A stretch of DNA of 64,000 nt, taken from an uncultured Candidatus Micrarchaeota archaeon. GTDB taxonomy: Archaea > Micrarchaeota > Micrarchaeia > Burarchaeales > Fermentimicrarchaeaceae. The position numbers were made by a program, and so were the translations under genes. Position 1 is the stretch's first letter; each line of letters begins with the position of its first letter. Below the pieces are notes generated by a model. It ran no database searches. It was given only the letters and a program-made list of their open reading frames with translations, and had not been told where the DNA came from. This document shows positions 9,500 to 18,357 of this stretch, piece by piece. The DNA is taken from positions 32,001 through 96,000 of the forward strand of contig CAVXDX010000008.1 of the NCBI GenBank assembly GCA_963760615.1. The letters run 5' to 3'.

Positions 9500-10326
9500 C
9501 TCACCATCTTTTCTGCAAGCTTGAAGAAATCCTTGGAGATGGGATTCTCGGGGTATCTCTCAACGATGGGCACTCCATCCACGTAACATTCAATCATTTT
9601 TTTATCGTAAGGAATTTGCATCAATGCATGTTTTACTCTTCTTTTCGAAATAGTGCTCCTGTTAACAATCAGATCATATCCTATCTCGAGTTTTCTCAGA
9701 ACGGATTCAATGACTTCCAAGTCATGAATGCCAAACAAGGTGGGTTCAGTCACAGCTATTGCTCTGTCGCATCCATCAAGCGCGCGAACCACCTGGCAGT
9801 GTGCTCCTGCAGATGTGTCGATTATGAAAACCTCCCCTCTCCCTTCCCCCAACCCCCTGATTTTAATCGCGTCAACTATCTTCTCTGAAAGGGGCTCTGA
9901 TGGTTTGAGCTCACCGGAGAAGAGCTCCACTCCATATTTTTCAGTTTTATACGTCCATCCAACAGTTTTCTCTTCTTCCCGTATTGCATTATGAGTACAA
10001 GCCAAGACGCATGCTCTGCATCCGTTGCAGATTGGCTCGAGTAGGGTGGGGATCTTTCCCGGAAGCTGGTATAATGCATTCAGCTCACACACCTTCACGC
10101 ATTTCCCGCATTTTCTGCATTTCCCGCTGTTAAAATGAGGTATGAAGGAAGTCACCTCCCTCTTCATCCTTCTCCTGGCACCCATAACGATGTGCGCGCT
10201 GGGGCAGTCCGCATCACAATCAAGATAGGTAACTCTTCTCCCAGTTTTAGCAATAGCAACAGCTAGGTTTACAGCCACAACAGTCTTGCCCGTTCCCCCC
10301 TTTCCACCAGTAACCCCAATGATCAT
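9496..10326 (-). CDS. MinD-superfamily P-loop ATPase with inserted ferredoxin domain (paralog)
   Basis: GGKGGTGKT, DCDADCP, CRKCGKC / CNGCRAC, DTSAGAHC. Confidence 0.88.
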   Translation of the reverse strand: MIIGVTGGKGGTGKTVVAVNLAVAIAKTGRRVTYLDCDADCPSAHIVMGARRRMKREVTSFIPHFNSGKCRKCGKCVKVCELNALYQLPGKIPTLLEPICNGCRACVLACTHNAIREEEKTVGWTYKTEKYGVELFSGELKPSEPLSEKIVDAIKIRGLGEGRGEVFIIDTSAGAHCQVVRALDGCDRAIAVTEPTLFGIHDLEVIESVLRKLEIGYDLIVNRSTISKRRVKHALMQIPYDKKMIECYVDGVPIVERYPENPISKDFFKLAEKMVR

Positions 10327-10343
10327 AAGAGAAACACATCCAC

Positions 10344-10694
10344 TCAGTGCTTGCAGACGTTTTCATCTGCCTTTAACTCACCCTTGAGATATTTCTCAAC
10401 AGCATCCTTAATCCTGCCCTGGACCCCGAAGATGATTTTTATTCCCAGGGATTCGAACATCGCAAGTGCTCTGCTGCCCATCCCTCCGGTTATCATCAAA
10501 TCCACATGGAGGGAGGAGATGAACTTCGGAACTGCGCCTTGGACGTGGTTTTGGAAATAGGGGTTCTCCACTCTCTCCACCTTTATTATTTCCTCACCCT
10601 TGCTTTCCACGATGACGAACTCAGGACACCTGCCAAAATGTTCAGAAACCTCCCCATCAATTCCTCCTCCTGCTGATGATACGGCTATTCTCAT
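10344..10694 (-). CDS. NifB/NifX-family (FeMo-co biosynthesis-like) protein
   Basis: VSEHFGRCPEF, ITGGMG. Confidence 0.85.
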   Translation of the reverse strand: MRIAVSSAGGGIDGEVSEHFGRCPEFVIVESKGEEIIKVERVENPYFQNHVQGAVPKFISSLHVDLMITGGMGSRALAMFESLGIKIIFGVQGRIKDAVEKYLKGELKADENVCKH

Positions 10695-11095
10695 AGCATC
10701 CTCCTACCTCTCCTTCCGAAACCCATTCCAAAATGGCCGGACACATTCGGTGCTGTTACGCTGGGAAGTTTGCCCTCAAGAAGTTTTGTCACAGCATCCC
10801 CAACTTTTCCTGCGGAGGAATAGACACTTACGCCTGCTTGCATGAGCACAGCCATGGCATTGGGGCCGCAGTTGCCTGTTATAAGGCTATTTGCTCCGCT
10901 GTTAATAACTGCTTGCGCAGCAGCTATTCCCGCACCGCCGCCAGCCATCGCTCCGGGGTTGGGTATCACTTCTGTTTTTAGTATCCTCTTCTCCTTTTCG
11001 TCAACCTCAAGAAGAGTGAAAGTGGGGCATCTGCCAAACATCGGGCATATCAAATCGCCTACTCCGCCCTTGGACGTAGATATAAGTATTTTCAT
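10691..11095 (-). CDS. NifB/NifX-family protein with Gly/Arg tail
   Basis: PMFGRCPTF, GAGIAAAQ, ITGNCGPNA; start taken at MKILIS. Confidence 0.85.
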   Translation of the reverse strand: MKILISTSKGGVGDLICPMFGRCPTFTLLEVDEKEKRILKTEVIPNPGAMAGGGAGIAAAQAVINSGANSLITGNCGPNAMAVLMQAGVSVYSSAGKVGDAVTKLLEGKLPSVTAPNVSGHFGMGFGRRGRRML

Positions 11096-11105
11096 GCGCT
11101 CACTT

Positions 11106-11393
11106 TCACTGCTGAGGCTTCTCAAGCTCCGCTATTCTCTTCTTTATTTCCTCAAGCTCAATCCTCAGTTCCTCGGAGTAGGACTTAAGCTCTTGGAGCT
11201 CCTGTTCCTTGCTCGGTTGCGGAAGCGTGGTGCTCTGGGTGCTTGGAAAACCACTTGAATACGTCATTCTCCAGCTAAACCCACGGCCGAATCCCCTCCT
11301 CCCACCAGGGCCAAAATCTGAGCCGAAGCCTCTTCTCCAGCATCTCCAATTTCCTCCGCCCCACCAGGGACCTGTTCCATCTCCCCACGGCAT
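11106..11393 (-). CDS. DUF5320-like Gly/Arg-rich protein with coiled-coil tail
   Basis: MPWGDGTGP start; GRRGFGRGF; ELKSYSEELRIELEEIKKRIAELE. Confidence 0.8.
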   Translation of the reverse strand: MPWGDGTGPWWGGGNWRCWRRGFGSDFGPGGRRGFGRGFSWRMTYSSGFPSTQSTTLPQPSKEQELQELKSYSEELRIELEEIKKRIAELEKPQQ

Positions 11394-11479
11394 TCTAATC
11401 ACCTCTTTTTTTTATAAGTTCCAAATAACCTAAAAGACAATGTTGCATGGTAGCTTTTTCAGTACTTGTAATCTATCCT

Positions 11480-11590
11480 TCACCAGCCTCTTCCTTTGCC
11501 CGTTCTTTTGGTCTCAGAGCATCCGCCTCGCCCTCTGTTAGCACGTCTGCCCGTTCCCGAACCATCTCTCTTTGGTTTACCATACGGCAT
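11480..11590 (-). CDS. 36-aa Gly/Arg-rich peptide (DUF5320-like N-terminus), missed by ORF track
   Basis: MPYGKPKRDGSGTGRRANRGRGGCSETKRTGKGRGW; SD GAGGTG upstream; lies between DUF134 and DUF5320 genes. Confidence 0.55.
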   Translation of the reverse strand: MPYGKPKRDGSGTGRRANRGRGGCSETKRTGKGRGW

Positions 11591-11600
11591 CTATTCCACC

Positions 11601-11906
11601 TCATTTTTGCTTTTTTATCAGGGAGTAATTCCCCCCATGAATCTTGATTGCCTTGCCCTTTGTGAGCGCCTCGGCAACCTTTCTTCTCGCTGATTTGAGG
11701 AGCCTGTGCAGCGTCGGTTGCGATATCTTAATCCTTTTCGCCACTTGCACCTGCTCCAATCCCTCGTAATCTTTCAGCCTGAGCGCCTCAAACTCCTCGA
11801 CGCTCAGCTCCACCTCCTTCAGCTCAATGAGCGGTATTGCTCGGGGCTTGAAGTAGGTCACTCCGGGCTCGGCGTAAACCATTTTGCATTTCTTCGGTCT
11901 TACCAT
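11601..11906 (-). CDS. DUF134 family predicted DNA-binding protein
   Basis: MVRPKKCK...YFKP...EEFEALRLKDYEGLEQ...ISQPT...ARRKVAEAL..GKAIKIHGG. Confidence 0.9.
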   Translation of the reverse strand: MVRPKKCKMVYAEPGVTYFKPRAIPLIELKEVELSVEEFEALRLKDYEGLEQVQVAKRIKISQPTLHRLLKSARRKVAEALTKGKAIKIHGGNYSLIKKQK

Positions 11907-11981
11907 AATGAATATATATGCGTAACACATATTTATAAATCTTTCTGCATATATATTCATAACTGTCCTAGGTGGCTTGAC

Positions 11982-13076
11982 ATGAGAAAAGCATTATCCG
12001 CATTTTTGTTCTCATTTCTATTCTCAGGCATCTGCTTATCCTCGGGAATAAATGTAACCGTCTACTATGGAGCAGGCTGTCCTCACTGCGCTGCCACGAT
12101 AGCCCTCATAAGAAATTACGAGAATGTGTACAACCTCAGCATAGAGGAGAAAGAAGTTTACAGCAATACGAGCAACAACAATGAGCTTATGGAGCTCTAC
12201 TCAACTTTTGGGATAAACCCAGCGAGCGATGAAGCAGGAGTTCCAACTATTTTCATTCCTCCTAGAACTATGGTAATTGGTGAAATGTCGCTTGAGAGAT
12301 GGGGGGAGATCCTTTCCAATTGTAGTATGGGAACATGCCCCGAGGGAGCGTACAATTACAAAGGATTGATAAAAGGAGATTCAGCTCAGAAACTCACAAT
12401 CCCGGTACTCGTAGGGGCTGCATTGGTGGACTCCATAAACCCATGCACAATTGCGATTATGGTTATGCTTCTCGGTATGATAATGCTGTCCAAGGGAAAA
12501 CAAGAGGCGCTTCTGGCTGGCTTGACCTTCTCATTTACAATATATGTAATGTATCTCCTGATGGGTTTGGGGATATTTCATGTAATAGCATCGTCAGGCC
12601 TCACGAATCTTTTCTTCATCATAGTTACCATTGCCGCACTCCTGCTTTCTGCAATGGAGGTTAAGGCCTACTTCTCTTATAAGCCGGGCTTTGGCGCCAT
12701 TGAAATGCCAATGTTCCTCAGGCCATACGCAAAGAAAGCCACATCTAGCGCAACCTCAATCCCAGGAGTGGTAATCGCGGCAGTATTATGCTCTCTGTTC
12801 CTTCTCCCCTGCTCCTCGGGTCCGTATCTGATGGTGCTGGGGATGCTTGCCAAATCAGCGACCGCCGAAACTTTGAGCTATCTGTTGATCTACAACGTAA
12901 TTTTCATACTGCCAATGCTAATCATGACAGTTGCCCTCTACCTAGGAAAGACCACTGCTGAAGCGATGGGTGAGATGAAGGAGAGGTATATCAAAGAGAT
13001 CCATCTGATCTCAGGGATTATAATGTTCCTCCTCTTCCTTCTGATGTTGAGTGAGATATTCCATTCCTTATTGTAG
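11982..13076 (+). CDS. CcdA/DsbD-like membrane thiol-disulfide protein with N-terminal glutaredoxin-like domain
   Basis: Signal peptide, YGAGCPHC, DSINPC, LLPCSSGPY, multiple TMs. Confidence 0.8.
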   Translation: MRKALSAFLFSFLFSGICLSSGINVTVYYGAGCPHCAATIALIRNYENVYNLSIEEKEVYSNTSNNNELMELYSTFGINPASDEAGVPTIFIPPRTMVIGEMSLERWGEILSNCSMGTCPEGAYNYKGLIKGDSAQKLTIPVLVGAALVDSINPCTIAIMVMLLGMIMLSKGKQEALLAGLTFSFTIYVMYLLMGLGIFHVIASSGLTNLFFIIVTIAALLLSAMEVKAYFSYKPGFGAIEMPMFLRPYAKKATSSATSIPGVVIAAVLCSLFLLPCSSGPYLMVLGMLAKSATAETLSYLLIYNVIFILPMLIMTVALYLGKTTAEAMGEMKERYIKEIHLISGIIMFLLFLLMLSEIFHSLL

Positions 13077-13095
13077 AATTATCACGGGTGTAACT

Positions 13096-13899
13096 ATGGA
13101 TAATCAATCAGTTGATGAAGAACGAAAGGAGATAGACAGCAGGATGCAGCATATAAAGCATAAGCTTGCGGTGATGAGCGGAAAGGGTGGGGTTGGAAAG
13201 AGCATGGTGACTGCCCTTCTTGCTTCAACTTTGCGTAGGCGGGGGAATAAAGTTGGAGTGATTGATGCAGATATAACCGGGGCAAGCATTCCGAAGATAT
13301 TTGGGGTTAGCGAGAAGTTATATAGCTTGCCGGTTGGTACAATCCCGGCCAAAACCAAATCCGGGATCAAGATCATCTCAACCCATCTGCTACTCGAGAG
13401 GGAGGATCAGCCGATTATATGGAGAGGTCCGCTTATAGCCAGGATCATAAGGGAGTTTCTTGCAGGTGTTGAATGGGGCGCGCTCGATTATCTGCTGGTG
13501 GATCTGCCTCCTGGAACTAGTGACGCACCACTCACAGTTATCCAATCAATACCACTTGATGGAGTCGTGTTTGTAACATCACCTCAGAAGTTGTCTATGA
13601 TGGTGGTAAAAAAATCTATGAATATGGTAAAAAAGATGGGAGTTCCTCTTCTGGGCATGATAGAAAACATGAGCTATTACAAATGCCCTCACTGCGGGAA
13701 AATCTCATATATTTTTGGTAAAGGAACAACAGCTAAATCCGCAGATGAAAATGGAATCCCTTTTCTGGGAAAAATTTCTCTTGATCCTTCTCTCTCCTAT
13801 CTCTCTGATTCTGGTAGGATGGAGGAGTATGGGAGTGAACATGCGGATAGGATAGTGGATAAGTTGCTCAGAACTTTAGAACATAGTGGAAGAGGGTGA
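13096..13899 (+). CDS. mrp: Mrp/NBP35 Fe-S cluster carrier ATPase
   Basis: MSGKGGVGKS, DADITG, WRGP, DLPPGTSD, ENMS..CPHC. Confidence 0.93.
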   Translation: MDNQSVDEERKEIDSRMQHIKHKLAVMSGKGGVGKSMVTALLASTLRRRGNKVGVIDADITGASIPKIFGVSEKLYSLPVGTIPAKTKSGIKIISTHLLLEREDQPIIWRGPLIARIIREFLAGVEWGALDYLLVDLPPGTSDAPLTVIQSIPLDGVVFVTSPQKLSMMVVKKSMNMVKKMGVPLLGMIENMSYYKCPHCGKISYIFGKGTTAKSADENGIPFLGKISLDPSLSYLSDSGRMEEYGSEHADRIVDKLLRTLEHSGRG

Positions 13900-13905
13900 T
13901 GAGGT

Positions 13906-14460
13906 ATGGAAAATATGGTACCAAAAAAATTATTCTTGACTAAGGGTGTGGGAAAAGACGTGGATCCTTTATCTTCTTTTGAGCGCGCCTTGAAAGACGC
14001 GGGAATCGAGAAATGCAATCTGGTGAACGTCTCGAGCATTCTGCCTCCCAACTGCGAGATAATTCCAAGAGAGAAGGGAGTTGAAATGCTTAAGCCTGGG
14101 CAGATGACCTTCGTGGTGATGAGCAGGAATTCCTCAAATGAGCCGAGCAGACTAATAGCAGCATCAATAGGCGTGGCAATTCCTAGTGATAGGTCCATGT
14201 ACGGCTACCTCAGCGAGTATCATTCATTTGGGGAAACTGATGAGAAGGCAGAGGAGAAGGCGGAGGATTTGGCTGCGTGCATGCTTGCATCAACTCTTGG
14301 CATAGACTTTGATATGAACCAGAGCTGGGATGAGAAAGAGCAGCTCTTCAAGCTCAGCGGCAAGATAGTCAAAACAAGAAATGTTGCCCAGTCTGCAATT
14401 GTTGACAAGGATGGGATGTGGACAACTGTCCTTGCTGCCGCAGTCCTGCTTCTTGATTAG
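13906..14460 (+). CDS. pdaD: Pyruvoyl-dependent arginine decarboxylase
   Basis: [25 protein letters not shown] (SS cleavage site), YGYLSEYH. Confidence 0.92.
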   Translation: MENMVPKKLFLTKGVGKDVDPLSSFERALKDAGIEKCNLVNVSSILPPNCEIIPREKGVEMLKPGQMTFVVMSRNSSNEPSRLIAASIGVAIPSDRSMYGYLSEYHSFGETDEKAEEKAEDLAACMLASTLGIDFDMNQSWDEKEQLFKLSGKIVKTRNVAQSAIVDKDGMWTTVLAAAVLLLD

Positions 14461-14515
14461 ATTACTACACTTTCACCTTTTGATACGGACGGCCAACTGT
14501 GATCTTCCTCATGAG

Positions 14516-14760
14516 CTGCGCAGTGCTTTATAAACAATTTTGCGCAGCTTATTCTTTGATTTTATAAAGTTCTGATTGCTGAAACATACAATATTGCGCA
14601 GCTTATACCTCCAGTAGATTATTGATGAACTGCTCAATGCTTTATAAATGACTTTGAGCAGCCGATTCATTTATTTTCTATTGTTGTGCTTCTTACATCC
14701 AATATTTTTGAGCAGCTCAAGCCTCAGGTATATTTGTTGATGCAAAGCTGCTCAATCTGC
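14516..14760. repeat. Degenerate ~114-bp tandem repeat containing 32-bp inverted-repeat units around TTTATAAA
   Basis: 14516-14547 CTGCGCAG-TGCTTTATAAACAATT-TTGCGCAG and 14630-14661 CTGCTCAA-TGCTTTATAAATGACT-TTGAGCAG; more TTG(C/A)GCAG half-sites nearby. Confidence 0.7.
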
Positions 14761-15087
14761 GCTTAAAAACAGAGAATTATCTACCGAGAGTTATCATAAA
14801 AGAGAGGCTGAAGTGCAGGTACTCAAAATATGGAACGGTAGTTACCCGCGCCACTCTGAAGAAGACTTTGGAATCTATTTTCAGATAATCTCAGCACAAA
14901 TAGATAACATATATATTATATGGAGCGCTGTAGGAGGCAGTGAAACGGCTATTTTCCGATGATTTCCCGAATGAGCGCAAACTTTGCGCAAAGAGGAATT
15001 AGGGGCAAGAAAACTGGATTGGGAATGCTTGAAAGAGGCGAATTTTCCACTTAATTCTACGCTTAAATTTTTGCGCAGATTCAATTT

Positions 15088-15609
15088 TCAGGCCAATTCC
15101 CTGAATTTTTTCTTGTCCGCCTTGATTTGCGAACGCAAGGCAAATCTTCCATAAGGGGTCTGCTTTGTCTTGGCGCCAGCTATGTTTCCCCGGTGAAATA
15201 TTATCTCATTTCCGAAAAAGGAGAGGATCCTTGCGATTTTCCTTGCACGCCAAGTCCCCCTTGCAATGTTCTTCTCAGTGCGCCGTTTTAGGCTTATTTT
15301 TCTTGAGATTTTTGGATTTACTATGTGCACGCTGCCGGAAGGCTGCCAATTCAGGCCAAGCGCTTCCTCTGCTGTCCTGCAGCTGAAATAGAACTCATTG
15401 CTTTCCAGGAAAAGCGCGACAGCCTGGAACAGGACCTTGAGCGGCTTTTCGATGAAAGAGCCTTTCCTTTCCTCCTCCAGAGGGACGTAGTAAATTCCCT
15501 TAAAAGGTGTTGGAAAGAGCTTGAGGGACGAGCACAGCGCGAGAATCTCCTTCTTGCTCAGCCCTTCTGAGCGAAGCTGCGCAAAACTGACTGCCTGCTT
15601 AGGAAGCAT
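15088..15609 (-). CDS. Putative AbiEi-like antitoxin of type IV TA pair
   Basis: Overlaps toxin stop; 'FKGIYYVP' motif typical of AbiEi-like N-terminal domains; very basic. Confidence 0.55.
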   Translation of the reverse strand: MLPKQAVSFAQLRSEGLSKKEILALCSSLKLFPTPFKGIYYVPLEEERKGSFIEKPLKVLFQAVALFLESNEFYFSCRTAEEALGLNWQPSGSVHIVNPKISRKISLKRRTEKNIARGTWRARKIARILSFFGNEIIFHRGNIAGAKTKQTPYGRFALRSQIKADKKKFRELA

Positions 15610-16186
15610 CAGAAACCACCTCTTGGAAAGCTGCTGCATCCTCCTGGTTTAGCGCCATAGAATCTATATCCTCTATCCTTCTTGGAAGACCGCTTTTCAC
15701 GATCAGCTTTTTCACCATAGCAGAACTGCCTTTCCCTTTCAGAATACAGAATATGTCAAACAGGTCCCTTGCCTCCTTTCTGTCATTATAGGCAGAAAGC
15801 TTCATTTGGAGAATGTCGTCAAGCGAGGCAACCTTTATTTTCGCGCCGCCGAAAACATGCTCCTGAATCTTTCGGATTTTCCTGTCTGGTTCAAAAACTT
15901 CAACCTTTATGCTTGTGTCCTCGAACTGCACCACGAGCTGATTCTTGAAAGCGCCGGGCATGGTGCGGTAGCCCTTCTTGGAAAGGCAGCCTTTGAGCTC
16001 TTCCTTGAGCTTTGTCTCGTCTCCGGCAATTGGAACGAAGTCCAAATCCACGCTTACGCGGTGCTTCAGGTAGAAAAGGGCAAGCGCTGTCCCGCCAACA
16101 AGGATTAATTTTCCCTGTGCGCATTCGGCAACATCCGGGAGTATCTCCAGTACCTTCTTGTATTTCCTGTTGAATGACTCATTCAT
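15599..16186 (-). CDS. AbiEii-family nucleotidyltransferase toxin
   Basis: LVGGTAL...HRVSVDLDF, KLSAYNDR..ARDLFDI. Confidence 0.88.
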   Translation of the reverse strand: MNESFNRKYKKVLEILPDVAECAQGKLILVGGTALALFYLKHRVSVDLDFVPIAGDETKLKEELKGCLSKKGYRTMPGAFKNQLVVQFEDTSIKVEVFEPDRKIRKIQEHVFGGAKIKVASLDDILQMKLSAYNDRKEARDLFDIFCILKGKGSSAMVKKLIVKSGLPRRIEDIDSMALNQEDAAAFQEVVSDAS

Positions 16187-16227
16187 GGTTGTTTATTGAT
16201 GCCAAAACTATATAAACCTTGTTATTA

Positions 16228-16252
16228 CTAGATTAAATTAAGTTTAATCTAG
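16228..16252. promoter_or_regulatory. Palindromic operator upstream of TA operon promoter
   Basis: CTAGATTAAA-TTAAG-TTTAATCTAG perfect 10-bp arms, just upstream of the minus-strand TATA (TTTATATA, 16209-16216). Confidence 0.6.
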
Positions 16253-16552
16253 ATAAACTTTAGTCGACTGTAAGAAATTCTAGAGTTTTCCGCTCAAGCC
16301 TCCGGTATATTTGTTGATTTCGAGCTGCTCAGAGTGGTAACTGCTTTCTGCGCCTGTTTCTACGCTTAATTTTTTATAGACACTTTCATGCCGAATCAAG
16401 CACTTCTATCTTGAGTTTCTGCGCCTAAAATGCGCCTGTTTCGGAGTTCTGGCAATCAATTGCGCCTATTTTACAAATTTCAATTTCTACGAATATTATT
16501 CTTTAATTTGCATTCTTTTTGCACTTAAAAGTAGAGAATCGTTTTCAGAGAG

Positions 16553-17758
16553 TTATTTTATGCCATTCATCAGGTTTTTATCTAACCCCATAGCAACGAC
16601 TTTCTTGGCTAGGAATTCCTTAACCTCCGGGTCCTGGAACAGGGCATTCATCAGTTCGTTTGCCTGCCCGTTGTAATCAACCAAAAGCTTCCTTTCGTCT
16701 AATGGATTGCCACATCTGCCGCAAAAGGACTGGCCGGGGGAATTCCTCTCCTTGCAGCGATGACAAATCTTAATATCAAGCTTGGGCTCTTTTTCCACAG
16801 GTTGCTCCTTCAAGGAGTACATCTGCAGGAGCGTGGAATCAACGTCCCTGCCAGACAGGTGCACGTAGATTGCAGCCATGTCGCTGCACTGGGTCCAGCC
16901 AAAGTATTCCTTCATTTGAGCCTCTGTAAGCTTGCTAGCCAAGGCTGTTGCACGAGAATGACGGAAAAGATGCGGATAAATGCGCTTTTTGACCCCGCTT
17001 GCCTTCCGGGTTCGGCGTAACATGGCAAGAACTGAAGGGTAGGAAACAGGGATTGGTTCGTATCTGCCTAGCCTGGAAGGCCAGAGAGGGGCGTTCGGGT
17101 TGTCCTTGTCCGGGTGCTCCTGAAGCCACTGGCCCAAAACCTGAACGCTTGCAATAACTCTTACTCTCCGGCTGCCTGTTTTACCATTAACAAGCAAAAC
17201 CCCGCCGTAATTGTCAAACTGGACGTTTTTCAGCTTAAGGTAGAGCAATTCGCCAATTCTGCAGCCGGATTCGTATAGAACCAAAATCAGAGCCTTATCT
17301 CGTGGATTTGTGGTAGCGTTAGCAAGCTTTTCAACTTCCTCAACCGTTAGCAGTTCCTCAGGGAGTTTGTGCTTTTCATTCCTCAATTTAGGCTTGAGCC
17401 ACTTTATAACTTCTGGGAATTCTTCATCTCCTCCCTTGAGCCATTTGTAGAATGTTTTGAGGACAATCTTGAAATCGTACACTGTGTATTCTGAGTAATC
17501 TTTTGAATCCATAGAGGAAACGAGCTCAATCAGATCCTCCTTTGTCGCTTCAGAAAAATCCTTCCCGAGCCATTCGGCAAGGTAGCGGACGCACCACATA
17601 CATTTGACCACGCGGAGCTTGCTTGAACCCTTGGCTAGCCTGATATGGGCGAAGTCCTCAATCTGCTTTTTGGTTTTTTCCGGGAGGACAGAGGCTCGCA
17701 GTCGTTGGAGCTCCTTTTCAAAGTTAGTCTGGTGCTTGTATATTGTGAATTCGTTCAT
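16553..17758 (-). CDS. Tyrosine recombinase/integrase A with C-terminal zinc ribbon
   Basis: YESGCRIGE (R), GKTG (K), HLFRHSRAT (HxxR), MAAIYVHLS (Y), CHRC...CGRC. Confidence 0.95.
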   Translation of the reverse strand: MNEFTIYKHQTNFEKELQRLRASVLPEKTKKQIEDFAHIRLAKGSSKLRVVKCMWCVRYLAEWLGKDFSEATKEDLIELVSSMDSKDYSEYTVYDFKIVLKTFYKWLKGGDEEFPEVIKWLKPKLRNEKHKLPEELLTVEEVEKLANATTNPRDKALILVLYESGCRIGELLYLKLKNVQFDNYGGVLLVNGKTGSRRVRVIASVQVLGQWLQEHPDKDNPNAPLWPSRLGRYEPIPVSYPSVLAMLRRTRKASGVKKRIYPHLFRHSRATALASKLTEAQMKEYFGWTQCSDMAAIYVHLSGRDVDSTLLQMYSLKEQPVEKEPKLDIKICHRCKERNSPGQSFCGRCGNPLDERKLLVDYNGQANELMNALFQDPEVKEFLAKKVVAMGLDKNLMNGIK

Positions 17759-17790
17759 GCCTCTGTCCTACTCGAAGATCTATTTATAGA

Positions 17791-17876
17791 TTGCTGCAGA
17801 ATCAAGCACTTTTGTCAGGCTATTGACGAAGAAGGGGCAAGACTATAGTATTATGCAAGATGCAGGGGGTGTAAGG
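17791..17876. repeat. att junction between elements A and B (core 17861-17871)
   Basis: Exact TGCAGGGGGTG, identical to the tRNA-Leu 3' end; 85% identity to 4164-4249. Confidence 0.85.
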
Positions 17877-18046
17877 GGAGACCACGCCTCAGAGCAGAAC
17901 CCTCTTTGAAATGCCCTTCTACGCACTATACTGTAGCATTAGACGTTTATAAGCACTGCCCCGGTTTCTCCTCGGAGACGAGGGCGATTTCGTCCATTGC
18001 CTGACGTTAATAAACGAAAGAACAGAGGGCGTTTCCTAGGAAATGC

Positions 18047-18214
18047 TTATTTTTTCTGGGCAGGTTCTTCATAAATTAGATTATATTTTGTCAAAATTTC
18101 TCGTCCATTTTTTTCACTAATTTCTTTAAGGTCTTGCTTTATTGCATCATCAAGTACTATATCGCAGTAAGAGATTATTGTTCTTGGGATACCCTTGGTA
18201 ACTTCGTATAAAAA
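18047..18214 (-). pseudogene. C-terminal remnant of an AAA+ ATPase (lid region)
   Basis: FLYEVTKGIPRTIISYCDIVLDDAIKQDLKEIS...*, with an in-frame stop immediately upstream and no start. Confidence 0.4.
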
Positions 18215-18357
18215 TTAGTGCACAACTTGTTAACAAACATTGGGCTGATTGTATTTCAACTCCGTAGATATTACTAACATTGATATTATTTAAATCTATC
18301 CTCGATAAATAGTTATGGAGGTATATGACCAGGCGGGAGTTTGAGTAAGGTGGATAT

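Larger units (their letters stand above)
4234..17871. mobile_element. Putative integrative element A (integrase, AbiE TA, iron/Fe-S cargo) bounded by tRNA-Leu core repeats
   Basis: Direct 11-bp cores at 4234 and 17861; integrase 16553-17758 next to the right core, in the same geometry as integrase B at the tRNA. Confidence 0.55.

Noticed and set aside
8504-9888. Long antisense ORFs (272, 186, 155 aa) over the MinD genes, and similar shadow ORFs over polC, glyS and eif2g
   Set aside because: Shadows of well-supported opposite-strand genes; Ser/Pro-rich composition without motifs.
14516-14760. Possible CRISPR mini-array
   Set aside because: Only two degenerate 32-bp units, an 82-bp interval that is itself repetitive, and no cas genes in the window.
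14881-15084. 67-aa ORF downstream of the antitoxin
   Set aside because: No recognisable motif or SD, and it lies in repeat-rich DNA; probably spurious.
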